Positions 8,896 through 16,991 of a stretch of 32,000 nt of DNA are shown one piece after another. Position numbers and translations under genes: made by a program. The notes under the pieces are model-generated. The model was not told where the DNA came from and did no database searches. It saw only the letters and a list, made by a program, of their open reading frames with translations. How positions within the stretch are numbered: position 1 is the stretch's first letter; every line of letters begins with the position of its first letter. The DNA comes from Demequinaceae bacterium. GTDB lineage: Bacteria > Actinomycetota > Actinomycetes > Actinomycetales > Demequinaceae. The DNA lies in contig OZ252279.1 of the NCBI GenBank assembly GCA_965250005.1, positions 1,050,001 through 1,082,000 of the forward strand. The letters run 5' to 3'.

Positions 8896-10455
8896 ATGAC
8901 CGAGACGCACGCAAGCGTTCAAGTAGCCGACAAGACCTTCGCAGACTTCGATATTCGCCGCGAGATAGTCGCCGCGCTCGAAGACAAGGGCATCACCCAC
9001 CCGTTCGCCATCCAGGCGATGACACTCCCCGTCGCGCTCTCCGGCCACGACATCATCGGACAGGCAAAGACCGGAACGGGCAAAACGCTCGGGTTCGGCA
9101 TTCCACTCCTGCACCGCGCAATCGCGCCGGGCGAAGAGGGCTGGGACGAATATGAGTCACAGGGAAAGCCCCAAGCGCTGGTTGTCGCACCCACGCGCGA
9201 ACTGGCCGTGCAGGTCGCCGGCGACCTGGAGGACGCCTCCACCAAGCGCAGTATCCGCATCGCGCAGATCTACGGCGGCCGGGCCTACGAGCCCCAGATC
9301 GACAAACTCCAGAAGGGCGTCGAGGTGGTGGTCGGCACCCCCGGCCGCCTAATCGACCTCATGAACCAAGGTCACCTTGACCTGCGTTTCATCAAGACGG
9401 CAGTCCTCGACGAAGCCGACGAGATGCTCGACCTGGGGTTCCTGCCTGACGTTGAGCGCCTGCTGGGAGCGACGCCCGAAGCGCGCCACACCATGCTGTT
9501 CTCTGCCACCATGCCCGGCGCTATCGTCGCCCTCGCTCGCCGCTACATGACGCAGCCCACCCACATTCGCGCGGCGGATCCAGACGACGACGGCGCTACG
9601 GTCAAGGCCACCACGCAGTGGGTGTACCGCGCCCACGCGATGGACAAGATCGAGGTTCTCGCGCGCATCCTCCAATCCAAGGACCGCGGCCTCACGGTAG
9701 TGTTCGCGCGCACCAAACGCACAGCGGCCAAAGTTGCTGACGAGCTCGCCACCCGAGGCTTCGCCTCCGGCGCGATCCACGGCGATCTGGGCCAAGGCGC
9801 ACGCGAACAAGCCCTGCGCGCTTTCCGCACCGGCAAGATTGACGTGCTGGTCGCCACGGACGTCGCCGCCCGTGGCATCGACGTTGACGACGTCACCCAC
9901 GTCATCAACTACCAGTGCCCGGAGGACGAAAAGATCTACCTGCACCGCATCGGCCGCACGGGCCGCGCGGGCAAGACGGGCATCGCCATCACCTTCGTCG
10001 ATTGGGACGACACTCCTCGATGGGGCCTCATCAACAAAGCCCTCGACCTCGGGTACCCCGAGCCCGAGGAGACCTATTCGAATTCGCCCCACCTCTACGC
10101 CGAGCTTGAGATCCCCGAAGGCACGACCGGGCGCCTCCCACGCGACAAGCGCACCCGCGAGGGGCTCGGAAGTGAAGTTGTCGAAGACCTCGGCGAGACC
10201 GGCAAGAAGCCGGCCGGTGGACGCGACGGAAATCGTGGCGGACGTGGAGACGGTGGCGGCGGTCGCAATCGCAGCGGGCGCGGCTCTGGTGGATCCGGTC
10301 GCTCGGGCGGTTCGGGTCGTTCCGGCGGGTCAGGAAGCTCGAGCGGCGAATCACGTCCTGGATCTAACAAGCCGCGGTCCGAGGGTGGCGGTCTGCGTCG
10401 TTCCCGCAACCGACGTCGCACCGGCGGCGGCTCCGCCACACCTGCATCGGAATAG
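8896..10455 (+). CDS. DEAD-box ATP-dependent RNA helicase with a C-terminal Arg/Gly/Ser-rich tail
   Basis: All core motifs are present: Q (THPFAIQ), I (AKTGTGKT), Ia (PTRELA), II (DEAD), III (SAT), V (TDVAARGID), VI (HRIGRTGRAG). ATG 8896 has AAGGA about 11 nt upstream. TTG 8866 is an alternative start. Confidence 0.9.
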   Translation: MTETHASVQVADKTFADFDIRREIVAALEDKGITHPFAIQAMTLPVALSGHDIIGQAKTGTGKTLGFGIPLLHRAIAPGEEGWDEYESQGKPQALVVAPTRELAVQVAGDLEDASTKRSIRIAQIYGGRAYEPQIDKLQKGVEVVVGTPGRLIDLMNQGHLDLRFIKTAVLDEADEMLDLGFLPDVERLLGATPEARHTMLFSATMPGAIVALARRYMTQPTHIRAADPDDDGATVKATTQWVYRAHAMDKIEVLARILQSKDRGLTVVFARTKRTAAKVADELATRGFASGAIHGDLGQGAREQALRAFRTGKIDVLVATDVAARGIDVDDVTHVINYQCPEDEKIYLHRIGRTGRAGKTGIAITFVDWDDTPRWGLINKALDLGYPEPEETYSNSPHLYAELEIPEGTTGRLPRDKRTREGLGSEVVEDLGETGKKPAGGRDGNRGGRGDGGGGRNRSGRGSGGSGRSGGSGRSGGSGSSSGESRPGSNKPRSEGGGLRRSRNRRRTGGGSATPASE

Positions 10456-10460
10456 TCGAG

Positions 10461-11303
10461 TCAAGTAGCGTCGTCGCGTCCAGCAAAGGCACGTAAGCGC
10501 GCAAAGTTCTCTAGAGTCGTCAGGTTCTCTCCCAAAACGTTCTGCTTTCCAGTCCCGTGATAGTCGCTCGCCCCGGTCCTGATCAATTCGAGCGAACCAG
10601 CTATTCGTTCCAGACGAGTGCGTTGAAACTCGGAGTGATCACGATGGTCTATCTCGATTCCGACCATGCCCGCTTTGGCCATTCCTTCGATCACAGACAT
10701 CGGGACCACGCGGCCGCGGCCGTCGGCCCCGGGGTGAGCGAAGACTGGAACCCCTCCCGACGCGCGGAGCGCCCGCACCGCGTCCCGAACCTCGGGCGCG
10801 TAGTGCGGGACAAAATAGCGTGAATCGCTGCCGAGGATTTCAACAAAGGCGGCGTCACGGCTGGGCACGAGCCCGGCCGTAACCAGAGCGTCAGCAATGT
10901 GCGGCCGTCCCACAGTTTCTGAGCCCGCTGCTTGGGCAGCGACTTGCTCCCAACGGAGCGGGTAGTCAACGGCGACCTTGGCAACAATCTCCTTGGCGCG
11001 ATCGACGCGGGCTTCCCGGGTGTTCGCCATCATCGCGGCAACGTCGTCATGCGCAGGGTCCGGCCAGTAACCAAGCAGGTGAATGCTGACTCCCCTGTGG
11101 CGACACGACACCTCGACTCCGGGTACAAACTCAATGCCCACCTCGGTCGCGGCCGCGGCGGCCTCGTCCCAGCCCGCAAGCGAATCGTGGTCGGTGAGTG
11201 CGAACACGTCCAACCCCGCCGCCGCCGCAGCGCGCGCCACATCCGCAGGTGACTCGGTTCCGTCCGAAACCGTCGAGTGGGTGTGGAGGTCGATGCGCAC
11301 CAC
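10461..11303 (-). CDS. PHP-domain metal-dependent phosphoesterase (TrpH/YciV-like)
   Basis: N-terminal VRIDLHTHSTVSDG, then ALTDHD and HP..DG motifs typical of the PHP family. It converges on the helicase gene with only a 5-nt gap. Confidence 0.8.
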   Translation of the reverse strand: MVRIDLHTHSTVSDGTESPADVARAAAAAGLDVFALTDHDSLAGWDEAAAAATEVGIEFVPGVEVSCRHRGVSIHLLGYWPDPAHDDVAAMMANTREARVDRAKEIVAKVAVDYPLRWEQVAAQAAGSETVGRPHIADALVTAGLVPSRDAAFVEILGSDSRYFVPHYAPEVRDAVRALRASGGVPVFAHPGADGRGRVVPMSVIEGMAKAGMVGIEIDHRDHSEFQRTRLERIAGSLELIRTGASDYHGTGKQNVLGENLTTLENFARLRAFAGRDDAT

Positions 11304-11343
11304 GCCAGCCTACGGGGCGGCGGCTGGCGGCTATTCTGAGCGG

Positions 11344-11907
11344 GTGACTCCGAGCCCCGTGCACCGACACTTCACATTTGTGCTCGCGAGTTCTCGTGCG
11401 GGAAGCAATTCGGAAGACATGGCTCGCGCGGCCGCGGCCGGCTTGCCTGCCGGAACCGCGCAGACCTGGCTGGATCTCGCGAGATTCGCTCTCGGGCCAT
11501 TCATCGACACGCGGCACGAGGGCGACGGCATCTACCCGGCTCCGGAAGGCGCGGCCGCAACCCTGCTGGGTGCGACGCTCGCGGCCACAGACCTGGTGCT
11601 GGTGACGCCGCTGTACTGGTACACGGTGTCCGCTCCCGCCAAGCTCTACCTCGACCACTGGGCCGGCTGGCTGCGCGTTCCCGGCGCGAACTTCCGCGCC
11701 ACGATGGCGGGACGCAGCATGTGGGCGGTATCGTCTGCGTCGACGGCGGAAGAGCGCGAGATCGCGCCGTTGCTGAGCACCGTCGAGATGAGCGCCGAGT
11801 ACATGCGGATGCGCTGGCGCGGAGCGCTCGTCGGACACGCTTCGAAGCCTGGCGAAGCCATGCAGCAGCCCGGAATGGCGCAGCGCGCCGCCACATTTTT
11901 CAACTAA
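11344..11907 (+). CDS. Flavodoxin-fold NAD(P)H-dependent FMN reductase-like protein
   Basis: Only the 3' part of ORF 11083-11907 looks real. FTFVLASSRAGSNSEDMAR matches the SxRxxSxN phosphate-binding start of NADPH-FMN reductases. GTG 11344 sits 6 nt after a TATTCT hexamer (11332-11337). GTG 11359 is an alternative start. Confidence 0.6.
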   Translation: MTPSPVHRHFTFVLASSRAGSNSEDMARAAAAGLPAGTAQTWLDLARFALGPFIDTRHEGDGIYPAPEGAAATLLGATLAATDLVLVTPLYWYTVSAPAKLYLDHWAGWLRVPGANFRATMAGRSMWAVSSASTAEEREIAPLLSTVEMSAEYMRMRWRGALVGHASKPGEAMQQPGMAQRAATFFN

Positions 11908-11961
11908 GCTCGCGGCGCGGTGGCGCCCTGCCCCCGCGTCGCGCCGTGAGACGATTGACCG

Positions 11962-13350
11962 ATGAGCGACTCCGCAGGCACGCAGCGGGAAGACACCAAC
12001 ACGACGCGCGATACTCGCCCCAACTCAGACGAGTTCAAGGTGTTCATCGCCAGCAAGTGGGCGGATTCCGGGCGCCTCGCCTCGACCGTCAACGCCGCCG
12101 CGCCTTACGCCGCGATCCGCCGGCTGCGGCTGTCTGCACGCTTTCCTGACACCCGGATCGTCGCTCCCGCGGGCGCCCTCAAGCAGCGCTCGAACGACAC
12201 GGACTATCGCTTCCGACCTCACAGCGACTTTGCGTACCTGACGGGGCTCGGCGCGGACCACGAACCCGGTGCCGTGCTTGTGATGACGCCGCGCGGCGGC
12301 GGTCACGACTCCGTGCTCTACGTGGTTCCGCCGTCGGGAAGGACAGACGAGGGCTTTTACTCTGACTCGCGAACCGGCGAGTTTTGGATAGGGCGACGGC
12401 CGGTTCCCGCAGATTTCGAGGCGATGACGGGCCTCCCGACCAAGCCGCTCAAGGAGCTGCCGGGTGGAATCCGGCTCGCAAGCCACCCGACCAAGGCCGT
12501 TGTCCGCGCCTTGTCCGAGATGCGCATGGTCAAGGATGAGTTCGAGATCAGCCAGATTCGCGAAGCCGTCGACGCCACCATTGCTGGCTTCGATCGGGTG
12601 GTACGCGAGCTGCCCCGGGCGATCGATCACAAGCGCGGTGAGCGGGTGGTGGAGGCCACCTTCGACGGCCACGCCCGCGAAGAGGGCAACGCCGTCGGAT
12701 ATGAGACCATCGCCGCTTCCGGCGACCACGCCACCACACTCCACTGGATCCGCAACGACGGCGAGATCCGCGTAGGCGACCTCCTCCTGTTAGATGCGGG
12801 CGTGGAAGTCGAGAGCCTCTACACGGCCGACATCACCCGGACAATTCCCGTATCTGGCGAGTTCACCGACGTTCAGCGCCGCGTCTACGACGTAGTTCTC
12901 GAAGCTGCTGACGCGGCCTTCGGCGCTGCGCGGCCGGGCGTCAAGTTCCGTGCGATCCATGACGCGGCGATGGAGGTGATCGAATCGCGCTTGACGGACT
13001 GGGGAATTGTCCCGGCATCGGACGACCCGGACTCCAAGCTCTACCGGCGCTGGATGGTGCACTCGACGTCACACCATCTCGGACTCGACGTCCACGACTG
13101 CGCCCAAGCCAAACGAGATATGTACCTCGATGGACTGCTCCAGCCAGGCATGGTCTTTACGATCGAGCCCGGCCTCTATTTCAAGGCCGACGACCTCGCT
13201 GTGCCCACGGAACTGCGCGGCATCGGCATCCGCATTGAGGATGACGTCCTGGTGACGGCAGACGGCGTGGAGAATCTGTCGGCAGCCCTCCCCCGTGTGC
13301 CCGAAGACGTGGAGTCATGGCTCCGCGGGTTTAGCTCCGCCCGCAGATAG
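11962..13350 (+). CDS. Xaa-Pro aminopeptidase / aminopeptidase P family (M24B)
   Basis: N-terminal AMP_N-like region (YRFRPHSDFAYLTGL) and a complete M24 metal-ligand set (LLLDAG...TADITRT, HHLGLDVHD, FTIEPGLY, GIRIEDDVLVT). Confidence 0.85.
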   Translation: MSDSAGTQREDTNTTRDTRPNSDEFKVFIASKWADSGRLASTVNAAAPYAAIRRLRLSARFPDTRIVAPAGALKQRSNDTDYRFRPHSDFAYLTGLGADHEPGAVLVMTPRGGGHDSVLYVVPPSGRTDEGFYSDSRTGEFWIGRRPVPADFEAMTGLPTKPLKELPGGIRLASHPTKAVVRALSEMRMVKDEFEISQIREAVDATIAGFDRVVRELPRAIDHKRGERVVEATFDGHAREEGNAVGYETIAASGDHATTLHWIRNDGEIRVGDLLLLDAGVEVESLYTADITRTIPVSGEFTDVQRRVYDVVLEAADAAFGAARPGVKFRAIHDAAMEVIESRLTDWGIVPASDDPDSKLYRRWMVHSTSHHLGLDVHDCAQAKRDMYLDGLLQPGMVFTIEPGLYFKADDLAVPTELRGIGIRIEDDVLVTADGVENLSAALPRVPEDVESWLRGFSSARR

Positions 13351-13359
13351 GCTGAGCCC

Positions 13360-14640
13360 ATGAGCACGGCAACCGAGCGCGTCTACATCGCGCGCCTGGC
13401 CGGAACTGCGGTCTTCGATCCCATTGGAGACCCTGTTGGCCGGGTGCGAGACGTTGTCATGCTCCTGCGCACCAAGGCGGCTCCGTCAGCGGTTGGACTC
13501 GTGGTGGAAGTGCCGGGCCGTCGGCGCGTCTTCATGCCGCTCACGCGCGTCACCTCGATTGCTGCGGGTCAGGTCATCTGTACGGGCGTGGTAAACCTGC
13601 GCCGGTTTCAAGCCCGCGCAACGGAGACTCTCGCTATCGCCGAGCTCTTTGAGCGCTCCGTCAATCTGAAGGATCGATCCGGCACCGCACTCATCGAGGA
13701 CATCGCCATTGAGCAAACGCGCGCGCGCGCCTGGACTGTCACCAAGCTCTACGTGCGCCGTGACGAGCGACGCAAGGGTCCGTTGGGTATCCCGCGCCGC
13801 GGCGAAGGTCTCGTAGTAGGTATCGACGACGTCACGGGTCTCGCCAAGAAGGATGCCAGCCAGGGAGCCTCGCTCGTCATTCAATCGTTCGCCAACCACA
13901 AACCGGCCGACCTGGCCGCCGCCCTGATGGAGATGTCGCCAGAGCGGTCCGTCGAGATCGCCACGGCGCTCCACGACCACCTGCTCGCGGACGTCATAGA
14001 GGAACTCCCCGAGGACGAGCAGGTGAAGTTGGTTTCGAGCCTCGAGCCCAAGCGCGCCGCGGAGGTGCTCGCCGAGATGGAACCCGACGACGCAGCCGAC
14101 CTCCTTGGCGATTTGCCAGAGCGGGAAGCTGCGGACCTGCTCGAGATGATGCAGCCCGAGGGCGCGCGGCCCGTCCGTCAGTTGCTCGACTATGACGACG
14201 ACGTGGCTGGCGGCCTCATGACGACCTCGCCGGTCATCGTCGGCCCCGAGACCACCATGGCGCAGGCGCTCGCGTTGGTACGTCGCGAGGACATCACGCC
14301 CGCGCTGGCGTCGATGGTGTTCGTGGTGAGGCCTCCCACCGAGACCCCTACTGGGCGCTACCTCGGCCTCGTGCACCTGCAACGCCTCCTTCGCGAGGCC
14401 CCGCACGATCACGTGGGCGATGCGATCGATCCGAGCATCGAGCCACTGTTCGCGAATGATGACTTGTCTGCGGTCGCCCGGCGCATGGCGGCCTACGACA
14501 TCATGGCAGCGCCAGTGGTCAACGAGGACGGCCGGTTGTTGGGTGTGATTTCCGCCGACGACGTCCTGGATCACCTGCTGCCAAACGACTGGCGGGAGCA
14601 CTCCGAGGCGCCTGGGGCAAGGGGAGCCAATAATGGCTGA
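13360..14640 (+). CDS. Soluble PRC-barrel-like + MgtE_N + CBS-pair protein (MgtE cytosolic module with no transmembrane domain)
   Basis: Acidic helical MgtE_N repeats (ADLAAALMEMSPERSVEIA...PEDEQVKLVSSLEPKRAAEVLAEMEPDDAADLLGDLPEREAADLLEMM) are followed by two CBS-like segments. I could not find a hydrophobic helix anywhere in the 426 aa. Confidence 0.8.
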   Translation: MSTATERVYIARLAGTAVFDPIGDPVGRVRDVVMLLRTKAAPSAVGLVVEVPGRRRVFMPLTRVTSIAAGQVICTGVVNLRRFQARATETLAIAELFERSVNLKDRSGTALIEDIAIEQTRARAWTVTKLYVRRDERRKGPLGIPRRGEGLVVGIDDVTGLAKKDASQGASLVIQSFANHKPADLAAALMEMSPERSVEIATALHDHLLADVIEELPEDEQVKLVSSLEPKRAAEVLAEMEPDDAADLLGDLPEREAADLLEMMQPEGARPVRQLLDYDDDVAGGLMTTSPVIVGPETTMAQALALVRREDITPALASMVFVVRPPTETPTGRYLGLVHLQRLLREAPHDHVGDAIDPSIEPLFANDDLSAVARRMAAYDIMAAPVVNEDGRLLGVISADDVLDHLLPNDWREHSEAPGARGANNG

Positions 14641-15175
14641 CCGACTGGATCACCCGAAGACCGAAGGCCGCCGATTTGGCTTCGCCCGGCGCCGACGCAC
14701 CGACCGTTTCGGCAAGGGCTCAGAGGCAATCGCTCGCTTCCTCGGCACGCCGCGCTTCCTCATCTACCTGACGATATTTGTGATCCTGTGGCTGGCGTGG
14801 AACTTCTTCGCGCCCGAAGAGTTGCGTTTTGACTCCGCCACATTCGGCTTCACCGCGCTGACGCTGATGCTGTCACTGCAGGCCTCCTACGCGGCGCCGC
14901 TCATTTTGCTCTCGCAGACGCGCCAGGACGACCGCGACAAGGTTGCAGCTGAGCAGGACCGGCAGCGCGCCGAACGGTCGCTGGCGGACACTGAGTACCT
15001 CGCGCGCGAGGTGGCCGCCCTGCGCCACGCTGTCGGCGAGACGGCCACCCGCGACTTCGTCCGCAGCGAACTGCGTACGCTACTGGAGGAACTGAATGCG
15101 ACGTCCGCGGCCGATGCCGAGGAGCCCAAGCCTGCCCCCAACCCGAAGGCGCGCGCCAAGCCAAAGAAGAAATAG
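14633..15175 (+). CDS. DUF1003 family membrane protein
   Basis: Two TM helices (FLIYLTIFVILWLAWNFF; FTALTLMLSLQASYAAPLILL) followed by the SQTRQDDRDKVAAEQD charged helix typical of DUF1003. Its ATG overlaps the upstream stop by 8 nt (ATGGCTGA). Confidence 0.8.
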   Translation: MADRLDHPKTEGRRFGFARRRRTDRFGKGSEAIARFLGTPRFLIYLTIFVILWLAWNFFAPEELRFDSATFGFTALTLMLSLQASYAAPLILLSQTRQDDRDKVAAEQDRQRAERSLADTEYLAREVAALRHAVGETATRDFVRSELRTLLEELNATSAADAEEPKPAPNPKARAKPKKK

Positions 15176-15244
15176 ATACACCTCCGCCGGCACCCGGGAC
15201 TCACGTCTGATTCTGACCGCGTCCGCACCGCCTACCATTGAGGC

Positions 15245-16366
15245 ATGCCCACCGAAACAGCCGTCCGCGATGCACTCGCCGAGGTCATCGACCCAGAGAT
15301 CCGCAGGCCCATTACGGACATCGGCATGGTCCGCTCCGTCGACGTGTCTGCCGAGGGCACTGCGGTGATCGGGATCGACTTGACCACCCAAGCCTGCCCC
15401 ATGAAGGAACGCATTGCGGGTGATGTCGAGGCTGCGGCCAGGACTGTCACCGGAATCACCCACGTGCGGATCGAGCTAGGTGTCATGTCTGACGAACAAC
15501 GTCTCGGACTGCGTTCGCAGTTGCGCGGAGGCAAACCAGACCCGGTCATCACCTTCACCCAGCCGGGCAACATGACCCGCGTGTACGCGATCGCATCCGG
15601 CAAGGGAGGCGTGGGCAAGTCAACCGTGGCAGCAAACGTCGCTGCGGCAATGGCGGCCGACGGGCTCAAGGTTGGTGTGCTCGACGCGGACATCTTTGGA
15701 TTCTCGATCCCCGGCATGCTCGGCATCGAAGGACAGCCGACGCGCCTCGATGACATGCTGCTGCCGCCCATCGCCCACGAGGTGAAGGCCGTGTCGATCG
15801 GCATGTTCGTCCCCGAGGGCCAGCCCGTCGTGTGGCGCGGCCCCATGCTTCACCGCGCGGTCGAGCAGTTTCTCGCCGACGTCTTCTGGGGCGACCTGGA
15901 CGTCCTGTTGCTGGACCTGCCCCCAGGCACCGGCGATGTTGCGATATCGGTTGCGCAGTTGCTGCCGCACGCAGAGATTGTGGTCGTTACTACGCCGCAG
16001 GCGGCCGCGGCCGAGGTCGCGGAACGCGCCGGTGCGGTTGCCGTGCAGACTCAACAGGGTGTCGTCGGCGTCATCGAGAACATGGCGTGGCTTGACCAGG
16101 CGGATGGAACTCGGCTGGAACTGTTTGGTTCTGGCGGTGGAGCACGGGTCGCCGCGAGCCTGAGCGAGACGCTCGGCACATCCGTTCCACTGCTCGGGCA
16201 GATTCCACTGGACATCGTCGCCCGTGAGTCGGGAGATGCGGGAACCCCGGTGGTTATCTCGGATCCGGGTAGTGCCGCCGCCAAAGCGATGCGCGAGATC
16301 GCTACCAAGCTCGCCAGTCGCGAGCGCGGACTCGCCGGCAAGTCCCTAGGCGTAACGCCGGTCTAG
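15245..16366 (+). CDS. mrp: Mrp/NBP35/ApbC-family P-loop ATPase with N-terminal DUF59 domain (lacks the CxxC cluster-binding motif)
   Basis: DUF59-like N-terminus (VIDPEIRRPITDIGMV...TTQACPMK), deviant Walker A SGKGGVGKST, and ENM...FGSGGG near the C-terminus. A TACCAT hexamer (15233-15238) lies 6 nt before the ATG. Confidence 0.85.
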   Translation: MPTETAVRDALAEVIDPEIRRPITDIGMVRSVDVSAEGTAVIGIDLTTQACPMKERIAGDVEAAARTVTGITHVRIELGVMSDEQRLGLRSQLRGGKPDPVITFTQPGNMTRVYAIASGKGGVGKSTVAANVAAAMAADGLKVGVLDADIFGFSIPGMLGIEGQPTRLDDMLLPPIAHEVKAVSIGMFVPEGQPVVWRGPMLHRAVEQFLADVFWGDLDVLLLDLPPGTGDVAISVAQLLPHAEIVVVTTPQAAAAEVAERAGAVAVQTQQGVVGVIENMAWLDQADGTRLELFGSGGGARVAASLSETLGTSVPLLGQIPLDIVARESGDAGTPVVISDPGSAAAKAMREIATKLASRERGLAGKSLGVTPV

Positions 16367-16403
16367 CCAGCGCGGCCGCCAGCGAGTTCAGCGGGGACGC
16401 AAA

Positions 16404-16431
16404 CGGGGCGCCCGGTTTCCCGGACGCCCCG
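16404..16431. terminator. GC-rich hairpin between convergent mrp and the small membrane gene (candidate bidirectional terminator)
   Basis: CGGGGCG-c-CCGG-tttc-CCGG-a-CGCCCCG. On the minus-strand RNA it is followed by UUUGCGU. On the plus strand there is no clear U tract. Confidence 0.5.
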
Positions 16432-16455
16432 CGAACGTACCAGTTTCTACTTGTT

Positions 16456-16878
16456 CTACTTGCCCCAACGCAGCACGATTAGTGCGATTGCAGCAAGGAA
16501 GAGCGCGAACACCGAGACGACCGCATATTCGGGGCTCAACGACGCCACGAATGCGTCGCCGAATGGCTGCGCGCCGTCGTACCCAACTCGGGGGGCAAGG
16601 GCGGCAAGGAAGGTCCCACCCGCTCCAGCGTGCAGCGCCGCAGACCACGAAGCTGCATTTCCGCCATCGGAGAACATTCGAACGACAACTCCCACGACCG
16701 CCGCGAAAATGACAAGAATCAACACCTGAGTAAATGCGTTCGACTCAGAGTCTAGGAGTTGCGCGAAGATGATCGCGACGAGCAGAGTGATGGCCAGCGT
16801 AACCAGAAGTTGCATGGATTGGCTGGACTTGATCTGATCGACAACCGAGGTGTTCGACGACTTCTTGGCTTCCGCCAT
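16456..16878 (-). CDS. Small integral membrane protein, unknown function (about 4 hydrophobic segments)
   Basis: 140-aa ORF with a strong RBS (AAGGAG, 6-nt spacer, ATG 16878) and hydrophobic segments such as LLVTLAITLLVAIIFAQLL and VLILVIFAAVVGVVV. I do not recognise a family. Confidence 0.65.
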   Translation of the reverse strand: MAEAKKSSNTSVVDQIKSSQSMQLLVTLAITLLVAIIFAQLLDSESNAFTQVLILVIFAAVVGVVVRMFSDGGNAASWSAALHAGAGGTFLAALAPRVGYDGAQPFGDAFVASLSPEYAVVSVFALFLAAIALIVLRWGK

Positions 16879-16991
16879 GGGGATCTCCTTTGATCACAGG
16901 GACCCCCGTTCAGGGGTCTTCCGCCATCATGACACAAGGTAACGAGAAGGTCACGGTAGCCGTCAGCGGGTCCCCCTGACACAATGAGGGA

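Noticed and set aside
9349-10092. 247-aa minus-strand ORF, plus similar long antisense ORFs at 12025-12744, 13486-14601, 11131-11838, 24128-25147, 28409-29464 and 30620-31429
   Set aside because: Each lies entirely opposite a gene with unambiguous family motifs. Their translations are low-complexity Arg/Ala/Gly/Pro-rich, as expected for stop-codon-poor shadow frames in high-GC DNA.
16879-16991. Possible GalR/LacI-type operator (TGATCA core at about 16891-16896) and a GACCCC-N6-GGGGTC hairpin in the divergent region upstream of galK
   Set aside because: These are short, common palindromes with no match to a consensus I can name. There is no regulator nearby, so I could not support a specific call.
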